A stretch of DNA of 64,000 nt from Candidatus Lustribacter sp. (GTDB lineage Bacteria; Vulcanimicrobiota; Vulcanimicrobiia; Vulcanimicrobiales; Vulcanimicrobiaceae), in assembly GCA_965277805.1 (NCBI GenBank), contig OZ255842.1, positions 1,920,001 to 1,984,000 on the forward strand. Direction: 5' to 3'. Below are positions 57,389 to 64,000 of the stretch, piece after piece. Below the pieces are notes generated by a model. That model did not search any database. It saw only the letters and a program-made list of their open reading frames with translations, and was not told where the DNA came from. The position numbers and the translations under genes are program-made. Positions within the stretch are counted from its first letter, which is position 1. Each line of letters starts with the position of its first letter.

Positions 57389-59032
57389 TCAAATATCCAG
57401 TTCCCAAGGGTTCCAAATCTCAGTCACGGCATGGGCCGGATGAAAGTTCTTCAAGTCGCTGTTGTAAACGTTCACGTTACGTACGAACCAGAGCGTCTCG
57501 AAGGGCCGGTCGGCAACGAGTAAGGTGGATATCTCGGCGTAAGCGCGTGCGCGCGTCGCCTTGTCATTCGATGCAATTGCCGCATTTTCGGCTGCCTGAA
57601 CGCGCGGATTGCAATAGCGCGAAATATTCCAGCCGGCGGGCGGAAATTGGTCGCAGCGATATAGGATCGAATCGTCCGGATCGACGCCATTGTACCAGCG
57701 GGTGAGCGCGACGTCCCATTTGCCCGTCAGCAGAATCCCGCCCTGAGCATAGCTCCCTCCAAACACGGGCGGGAGGTAATCCTTAACGATGAGCTCGACG
57801 CCGATTTGGTACCACCAACGTTGCGCTTCCAAGACGCTCGTCGCGGCAGCAACGTTGCCCGTTTCGTACGCCATGGTCAACGATAGCCGCTGGCCATCCT
57901 TGCGCCGAATGCCGTCGGTACCGACGTGCCACCCCGCAGCATCGAGCAGACGGCGGGCGCGACCGGGGTCGTAGGGAGCGAGCGGAATATGAGCGCTCCA
58001 GCCGTTGTAGGGCGCCTGATCGCCCTCCCCCGGAATCTGTACGTCGTGGGTCACGTTTTCAATCAAGGCGCGCCGATCGGTCGCAAGTACGAGCGCCTCT
58101 CGAACGCGCAGATCCGCAAGGATGGGGTTCTTCAAGTTGAAGTCATAGAACACGTACTGGTTGTCGGGGTTCAATTCGACCGTCGTGCCGGGAAGCCGGC
58201 GATATGACGCAATCAGCGACTGGGAGGCGCCCATCTCCAAGTCCGCCTCGTGCGTTTGGAGCTTGGTCAGGATCGTATTCTCGTTCGGAACGATCTCATA
58301 GTCGACTTCGTCGAGCTTCGGGCGGCCGCGCCAATAATCCGAATTGGCAACAAAGCGGATGTTCGACCCGCGATCCCATTTCACGACCTTGAACGGCCCG
58401 GTCCCGATCGGCTGCTGGTTGTAGGGGATCCGATTCATATCCGGATAGCGCGCAATCAGATGTTTCGGGAGCACCGGATACGTCTCGGCAGACATCGTGA
58501 AGAACGTCGCGGTGAACGGCGCCCAAGCGTGTTTGAGATGGATCACGATCGTCGCATCGTCGATTCTATCGATTCGCTCGATCAATTCGTAGCCGCTTCG
58601 CGATTGCACCGCATTTTTCGGGTTCATCACGGCTTCATAACTGAAAATAACGTCGTCGGCGGAAAACGGGACGCCGTCCTGCCAGCGCACACCGCGGCGC
58701 AAATGATACGTTATCGTTTTGCCGTCCGTCGAAATGCCGTGGTTTGCGACCGTCGGCAAAACCGTTGCGAGTTCGGGCACGAATCGATTGCGATCGTTCC
58801 AGTTGAAGAGATAGCCGGCCCAGAACATCGAGACGTGCACGTCGGTCTGAAGGTAGCCGACGATCGGGTTCAGCGAGTCCGGCTCCTCGGAATCGACGAT
58901 TCGCAGCACGTGCGGTTTCGTCCACGAGTGGCGAGCGCTGCCCGCGGCCTCGATCCTTGCACAGGCGGACAGTAGCAAGAGCACGCCCATCACGACGCCC
59001 GCGCGGAAGATCGTGCCGGCGACGGCATTCAT
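57389..59032 (-). CDS. Family-5 peptide ABC substrate-binding lipoprotein
   Basis: LSAC lipobox, EPDSLNP, WQDGVPFSADDV, PIGTGPF. Confidence 0.85.
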   Translation of the reverse strand: MNAVAGTIFRAGVVMGVLLLLSACARIEAAGSARHSWTKPHVLRIVDSEEPDSLNPIVGYLQTDVHVSMFWAGYLFNWNDRNRFVPELATVLPTVANHGISTDGKTITYHLRRGVRWQDGVPFSADDVIFSYEAVMNPKNAVQSRSGYELIERIDRIDDATIVIHLKHAWAPFTATFFTMSAETYPVLPKHLIARYPDMNRIPYNQQPIGTGPFKVVKWDRGSNIRFVANSDYWRGRPKLDEVDYEIVPNENTILTKLQTHEADLEMGASQSLIASYRRLPGTTVELNPDNQYVFYDFNLKNPILADLRVREALVLATDRRALIENVTHDVQIPGEGDQAPYNGWSAHIPLAPYDPGRARRLLDAAGWHVGTDGIRRKDGQRLSLTMAYETGNVAAATSVLEAQRWWYQIGVELIVKDYLPPVFGGSYAQGGILLTGKWDVALTRWYNGVDPDDSILYRCDQFPPAGWNISRYCNPRVQAAENAAIASNDKATRARAYAEISTLLVADRPFETLWFVRNVNVYNSDLKNFHPAHAVTEIWNPWELDI

Positions 59033-59177
59033 GTCAGCATTAGTGTAACGAAGAGCAGCGGTTAGGGCATTGTCCAAAAGAACAAGTGGGTTCGCGGCCG
59101 TTGTACCGGAATGTCTCCCAGAAAAACATCCATAAAATTGCTTGCACGCCCTGCAAAAAGCCGCGTATAGTGGACGG

Positions 59178-60098
59178 GTGGACACACTCGTTTCGTCTGC
59201 TCAAGTCCCAACCATCGACGTCTCGGCACTCTTCAGCGGGCGCACGTCGGATCTCGAAGCGGTTGGCCGCGAGATCGGCGCCGCGGCTAAATCGATCGGC
59301 TTCTTCTCGATCGTCAACCATGGCCTCGAGCGCAACGTCGCCGAGGTCTTGGCGGAGGCCACGCGGTTCTTCGCTTCGCCGCTTGAGTTGAAAGAAAGCG
59401 TCGCGATCGAAAGCTATTTCAATGGCTATTCGCGGCTCGACCGGGAGAACGGCGAGCCGCACGAAGCCTACGACATCGGGCCCGACATTGCCGCCGACGA
59501 TCCCGACCTGAGTTCGGGCCGCTCGCTGTTTACGCCACGGCGGTGGCCCGATCTGCCCGGCTTCCGCGAACGGCTCTCGGAGTACTACGACCGCGGCCGT
59601 GAGCTGATCGTCCAGCTCCATCGCGCGATTGCGGTCGATCTCGGAGCCGACGTCGAATTCTTTACCCCGTATTTTACGCGCATGGTAAATCTGCGGATGC
59701 TGCACTATCCACCGCATCCGGAGGGCCGCGCAGGCTGGGGAATCCGGCCGCATACCGACTTCGGAAATCTGACGCTCCTGGCACAAGACAACTACGGCCT
59801 CGAATTGCAAACCCGCGACGGCTCGTGGCTGCCCACCGAAGCGCGAACCGACGCACTCATGTGCAATATCGGCGACTGTCTCATGCGCTGGAGCAACGAT
59901 ACGTATGTTTCGACGCCGCACCGCGTTCTGAACAGCACGGGGCGCTCGCGCCACTCGGTGGCTCTGTTCGGCGACGTCAACGGCGATGCGGTGGTCTCGT
60001 GTCTCGACTCATGCCGGGGACCCGGACGTCCGCCGAAGCATGAACCGATCTTGTTCTCGGACTTCGCGTCCTCGCGATTTTCTTCGGGCTACGACTGA
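59178..60098 (+). CDS. 2OG-Fe(II) oxygenase, IPNS/DIOX family
   Basis: GFFSIVNHG, LRMLHYP, HTDFG, STPHRV, RHS; TTGCAC-18-TATAGT 6 nt before GTG. Confidence 0.85.
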   Translation: MDTLVSSAQVPTIDVSALFSGRTSDLEAVGREIGAAAKSIGFFSIVNHGLERNVAEVLAEATRFFASPLELKESVAIESYFNGYSRLDRENGEPHEAYDIGPDIAADDPDLSSGRSLFTPRRWPDLPGFRERLSEYYDRGRELIVQLHRAIAVDLGADVEFFTPYFTRMVNLRMLHYPPHPEGRAGWGIRPHTDFGNLTLLAQDNYGLELQTRDGSWLPTEARTDALMCNIGDCLMRWSNDTYVSTPHRVLNSTGRSRHSVALFGDVNGDAVVSCLDSCRGPGRPPKHEPILFSDFASSRFSSGYD

Positions 60099-61372
60099 GG
60101 CATCGCTCCAAAGTCGACGCGATGGGTGGCGTCGCCGAGGACGACCCGCGACTCGACGGCCGGCGACTCGGCAATGATCGCTCCCCGGCGCACGACGAAC
60201 AGCCGGTTGGCGCGCAGGCGAATTGCTTCGATCGGGTCCGACGCCTGCAGCACGACGAAGTCGGCATTTTTTCCCGGCTCGAGACCGTAGCCATCAAGAC
60301 CCAGCGTGCGCGCGCCATTGGCGGTGACGGCCATAAACGCACTGCGCATCTCGTCGCGCCCGGTTAAGTGGCCAACGTGCACCGCCATGTGCGCAACCTC
60401 CAGCATATCGTGCGATCCGAGACTGTACCACGGATCCCGCACGCAGTCGTGGCCGAAGGCGACGTTGATTCCGAGCGCGTTCATCTCTCGCACTCGGGTC
60501 ATGCCGCGGCGCTTTGGATACGTATCGTGGCGCCCTTGGATCACGATGTTGATCAACGGGTTGGCGACCGCATTGAGGCCGGCCTCGAGCATCAGCGGCA
60601 GCAGCTTGCTTACGTAATAGTTGTCCATGCTATGCATCGAGGTGAGGTGAGACCCCGTTACCCGGCCTTGGAGTCCGAGCCGCACGGTCTCTGCGGCCAG
60701 CGTCTCGACGTGCCGGGAGAGCGGGTCGTCGGTCTCATCGCAGTGCATGTCGACGCGCAGACCCCGGGCCTCGGCGATCTCGCACAGTTCGCGTACCGAG
60801 GCGGCACCGTCGGCCATCGTGCGCTCGAAGTGCGGGATCCCGCCCACCACGTCGACGCCGCGGTCGAGCGCCCGCAGCAGATTGGCGCGCGCGTTCGGGC
60901 TGCGGAGGAAGCCGTCTTGCGGGAAGGCGACGAGCTGCAGATCGATGTACGGCGCCATCTCGCGGCGCACGTCGAGCAACGCATCGACGGCCACGAGCGT
61001 ATCGTCGCAAATATCGACGTGCGTTCGAATCGCGAGGTTGCCGCGCGCAATCGCCCAGCGGCACAGCGCGTGCGCGCGTTCGCGGACGTCCTCGGCCGTC
61101 AGCAGCGGCTTCTGTTCGGCCCAAATCGCAATGCCTTCCAGCAAGGTACCCGACTCGTTGAACCGCGGCCGGCCGATGCTCAGCGTGGCGTCCATGTGGA
61201 AATGGCTGTCGACGAAGGGCGGAGTGACGAGGCGCCCGCGAGCGTCGATCTCGCGGGGGGCGCTTGCATCGAGGTGCGGGCGGATCTCGACGATGCGGTC
61301 ACCGCTCACACCGATATCGATGTCGCAGCGTCCGTCCGGAAGGTTGGCGCCGCGAACGATCAGGTCGAGCAT
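60089..61372 (-). CDS. codA: Cytosine/creatinine deaminase
   Basis: PPFVDSHFHMD, NESGTLLEGI, VAFPQDG, HCDETDD, FGHDCVRDPWY. Confidence 0.85.
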   Translation of the reverse strand: MLDLIVRGANLPDGRCDIDIGVSGDRIVEIRPHLDASAPREIDARGRLVTPPFVDSHFHMDATLSIGRPRFNESGTLLEGIAIWAEQKPLLTAEDVRERAHALCRWAIARGNLAIRTHVDICDDTLVAVDALLDVRREMAPYIDLQLVAFPQDGFLRSPNARANLLRALDRGVDVVGGIPHFERTMADGAASVRELCEIAEARGLRVDMHCDETDDPLSRHVETLAAETVRLGLQGRVTGSHLTSMHSMDNYYVSKLLPLMLEAGLNAVANPLINIVIQGRHDTYPKRRGMTRVREMNALGINVAFGHDCVRDPWYSLGSHDMLEVAHMAVHVGHLTGRDEMRSAFMAVTANGARTLGLDGYGLEPGKNADFVVLQASDPIEAIRLRANRLFVVRRGAIIAESPAVESRVVLGDATHRVDFGAMPQS

Positions 61373-61374
61373 AG

Positions 61375-62337
61375 CTACGTCCTCGCGATGAGCGTGTTGT
61401 TGAGGCGTCCCCGCAGGTAATCACCGGCAAGAACCGGTTCGAACAGCGGCCGTTCGCTGCCCCTGGCGCCGGGAAGACAGGCGACCTCCGTCTCGTTGTC
61501 GGGCTCGCAGAAAAACGCGATGGAGTAGCGCGACTTCCCGACGCGCGCGTCGGAAGGCACCGCGACGCGGTGTTGCGTCGAGCGAAATTCGAGGTTCGTC
61601 CACTGTTGCATCAGGTCGCCGATGTTAACCAGCATCGTGCTCGGAATCGACGGTGCCGAGAGCCAACGGCCGTCGGCCGCCATTACCTCGAGTCCACCGC
61701 TCGGATCCTGAAAGAGCAGGGTCATTGTCCCGAAGTCCGTATGCGAGCCGACCCGCATCTGGCCGTCCAATGGGCTGCGGGCGACCGGCGGATAGTGCAG
61801 CAAACGCAGCGTGCTGTTCGTGCCATGGCGGGAAACGAAATGGCTCTCCGGTAACCCGAAGCCGAGCGCGAAGGCGCGTAAGATTTCCGCGGCAACCGCC
61901 GCGCATCGTTCATGAAATGCCGCGAACGCATCGACTGATGCCCGGACCTCCTCGGGAAGTTCGTTATTGTTAGCCGCGGCCGGGAACGCCGCGCCGATGT
62001 AGCCGCCGTCCTGAAAGATGTCGAACGCCTCCTTGATGTCGCTCGGCTTCTTTGCATCTTCGTGCTCGCGCCCTTGCGGGACGTAGCCGCACTTGAAGCC
62101 GGCCTTCACACGATGCGCCTCGATCAGCGGTTCTTTAAGAGCGCTCGGCAAGGCAAAGAACGCCGCCGATTGCGCGAAGACGTCGTCGACCGCAGCCTGC
62201 GCGATACCCGCACCGGAGAGGTAGATGAAGCCCAGCGTCGCGCTGATTTCGCGAATCCGCCGCGCGATCGCATTTCGCTCGGCGGGCGCAGCGCTATAGA
62301 ATCCGGCGAAGTCGACGACCGGAATTTCGGTGTCCAT
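61375..62337 (-). CDS. 2OG-Fe(II) oxygenase, IPNS/DIOX family
   Basis: LRLLHYP, HTDFG, STQHRV, RYSIAFF. Confidence 0.85.
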   Translation of the reverse strand: MDTEIPVVDFAGFYSAAPAERNAIARRIREISATLGFIYLSGAGIAQAAVDDVFAQSAAFFALPSALKEPLIEAHRVKAGFKCGYVPQGREHEDAKKPSDIKEAFDIFQDGGYIGAAFPAAANNNELPEEVRASVDAFAAFHERCAAVAAEILRAFALGFGLPESHFVSRHGTNSTLRLLHYPPVARSPLDGQMRVGSHTDFGTMTLLFQDPSGGLEVMAADGRWLSAPSIPSTMLVNIGDLMQQWTNLEFRSTQHRVAVPSDARVGKSRYSIAFFCEPDNETEVACLPGARGSERPLFEPVLAGDYLRGRLNNTLIART

Positions 62338-62338
62338 G

Positions 62339-64000
62339 CTAGCGGCCGACGTGAAATCGGAGCTGCATGCGAACGGTTCGCGGTGGTGTCGGCAGCAGGG
62401 TCGACGTTCCCGTCGTCAGGCCGGTGGCCGAACCCTCGACGAGTGGAACGCCCTGATAGGAGTAGGGCAGGTTGTAGAAGTTGTTCGTGTTGAGAAGGTT
62501 CTCGATTGCAACTTGAAGCTCGACCGAACGCGTGAGCGGCTGGCGCAGGGTTAGGTCGACCTGCGCAAGCGGCGGCTGATAGTAGGAGTTGTTTTTGCCT
62601 TCGTAATCGACGCCCAATGCAGCGTAGCCGCCGCCTTTCCAGGTGTAGGTCAGTTGACCATACCCCTTCAGATACGGGATGCAGATCGGGGTGTTAGGAC
62701 CCTCGATGCTCGTGCCGCATACCTGCACCCCGTTAGCAGGCGCCGATGGGCCGCCCGCATACACGGAGGCCGGTATCTGCGAGAGGTACGCGCGCTCGGC
62801 CGCGAGCGCGATGTTGTAGCCCAAGCCGGTGCGGGGAGCGTAGGCGTACTTGAGCGTCGCGAGTTGCATCAGCATCTGCGCGACGTTGATCGTTTCGTCG
62901 ATCGTCTCACCGGCCTGCATTGCCGGGAAGCTCAAAGGTTCGAACACATCGTGAATGATCGTATTCTGCAGGTCGATGGAGAGAACGGATCCGTTGTGAA
63001 ATCGCTTGTCGACGCCCGCATCGAAAGCGATGCTGCGCTCGGGAGCGAGAAACGGATTCTTCTCGATTAACAAGCTTTGATAGTTCGTGCCGGCGGCCGG
63101 CGGAAGGTACGAAGGTAATCCGCTCACTTGACCGGCGTACGGAAACGTTTCCGAGGTTCCGTAAGCGAACCGGTACGACACATCGGCGGTCGGACGGTAC
63201 GCGAAGGCGACGTGCGGATCGAAACGCGCGACGGTCCGATCCAGCGGGGCGAGGTTTGCGGTTTGGGTCGCTTGGTCGATGACGGTCTGGAAGCCGCCGA
63301 GCTTCCAGTCGGTGTTATACAGGCCGAAATTGATCGTCAGATTATGGGTCGGATGCAACTCGCCGGTCAACGAGAGCGTGGAGTAACGTATCGTCGTGTC
63401 CGGAACGGTCACATTGGCCGGTCCGCTGATATAGGCGAACGTATTGGTGGCGTGAGTGTCATAGGTGATCGTCAGGGAGCTATCGCCCATCGGGTGGATG
63501 AGCGATAACGTCCCGCCGTAAAGGTTGTCCGTTTCAAAGCTCACGTACGGTGGCTGAAAGCACTCCTCTTGTCCGTTCACAACGGCAACGGTATTACCGG
63601 GGCTATTGATTTGATAGTACGCGCTGGGATTGAAGCCGACCCCGCAATACTGTTCGAACGCGTTGCCGCCACCCGGCAGGCTCGTGCCGCCGTTCGGGAT
63701 CGGCGTGCCGGGCGCAATCGACGGCACCGTCCCGGGCGGCGAAAAGAACTGCGGGTAGGCCCCTTCGCCGCCGCCGTCGATCTGGCCGGGCCGAATCGTT
63801 CCTGCGTAGGGCCGAACGAGCAACGTGTTGTTGCCGAACGTCGTGCGCAGTTGCCCGTCGAAAATGGGCTGGTCGTTATAGACCGCGACGCCCGGATACC
63901 AAGCGTACGATGGAATCGCCTTTCCAACCAGCGAGTTATACGCCGGATTGTTACACTCGAGCGGCGCCGACGGCAGACAGGCAACGACCGTCGTGATGCC
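62339..64000 (-). CDS. TonB-dependent receptor, C-terminal part (runs off window)
   Basis: Frame open to the window edge; NPFLAPERS, IENLLN, PRTVRMQLRF. Confidence 0.8.
   Translation of the reverse strand, partial: GITTVVACLPSAPLECNNPAYNSLVGKAIPSYAWYPGVAVYNDQPIFDGQLRTTFGNNTLLVRPYAGTIRPGQIDGGGEGAYPQFFSPPGTVPSIAPGTPIPNGGTSLPGGGNAFEQYCGVGFNPSAYYQINSPGNTVAVVNGQEECFQPPYVSFETDNLYGGTLSLIHPMGDSSLTITYDTHATNTFAYISGPANVTVPDTTIRYSTLSLTGELHPTHNLTINFGLYNTDWKLGGFQTVIDQATQTANLAPLDRTVARFDPHVAFAYRPTADVSYRFAYGTSETFPYAGQVSGLPSYLPPAAGTNYQSLLIEKNPFLAPERSIAFDAGVDKRFHNGSVLSIDLQNTIIHDVFEPLSFPAMQAGETIDETINVAQMLMQLATLKYAYAPRTGLGYNIALAAERAYLSQIPASVYAGGPSAPANGVQVCGTSIEGPNTPICIPYLKGYGQLTYTWKGGGYAALGVDYEGKNNSYYQPPLAQVDLTLRQPLTRSVELQVAIENLLNTNNFYNLPYSYQGVPLVEGSATGLTTGTSTLLPTPPRTVRMQLRFHVGR

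Noticed and set aside
1-64000. CRISPR arrays, tRNA/rRNA, IS elements, integrases, prophage or defence genes
   Set aside because: None recognised by eye; the STAND proteins end in LuxR HTH domains, not defence effectors. Short ncRNAs cannot be excluded without a covariance search

Overview
GC-rich bacterial window from a diderm: it encodes TonB-dependent receptors and TolC. The gene content is reminiscent of soil Eremiobacterota/Vulcanimicrobiota, but that is inference only. No rRNA, tRNA, CRISPR array or transposase was recognised. There are five blocks. (1) 0.26-7.8 kb: two divergent, AT-richer MalT-like STAND/LuxR regulators, an unannotated 27-aa secretion-signal-like peptide gene preceded by a lux-box-like palindrome, and two degenerate HD-GYP genes. 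This is my best candidate for an undescribed peptide-signalling system. (2) 7.9-31 kb: an aromatic-acid catabolic island with gamma-resorcylate decarboxylase, UbiD, two PhtC/OphC-like decarboxylases, two Rieske oxygenases, an LLM monooxygenase, a carotenoid/stilbene oxygenase, two MarR regulators, a shared operator, many orphan solute-binding proteins and several pseudogenes. (3) 31-45 kb: an OmpR two-component module with an RND-TolC fusion, an MFP, two beta-propellers, a phosphoesterase and a TonB receptor, tied together by Pho-box-like repeats. (4) 45-57 kb: FAD monooxygenase, fdhA, SpoIIE/RsbW hybrid, broken MmyB regulator, cupin, AKR, TlpA-SBP fusion, DUF2249-Crp and prolyl oligopeptidase. 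(5) 57-64 kb: peptide SBP, two 2OG-Fe(II) oxygenases, cytosine deaminase and a partial TonB receptor. All calls come from motif recognition by eye; no searches were run. Many start codons were re-assigned by hand.
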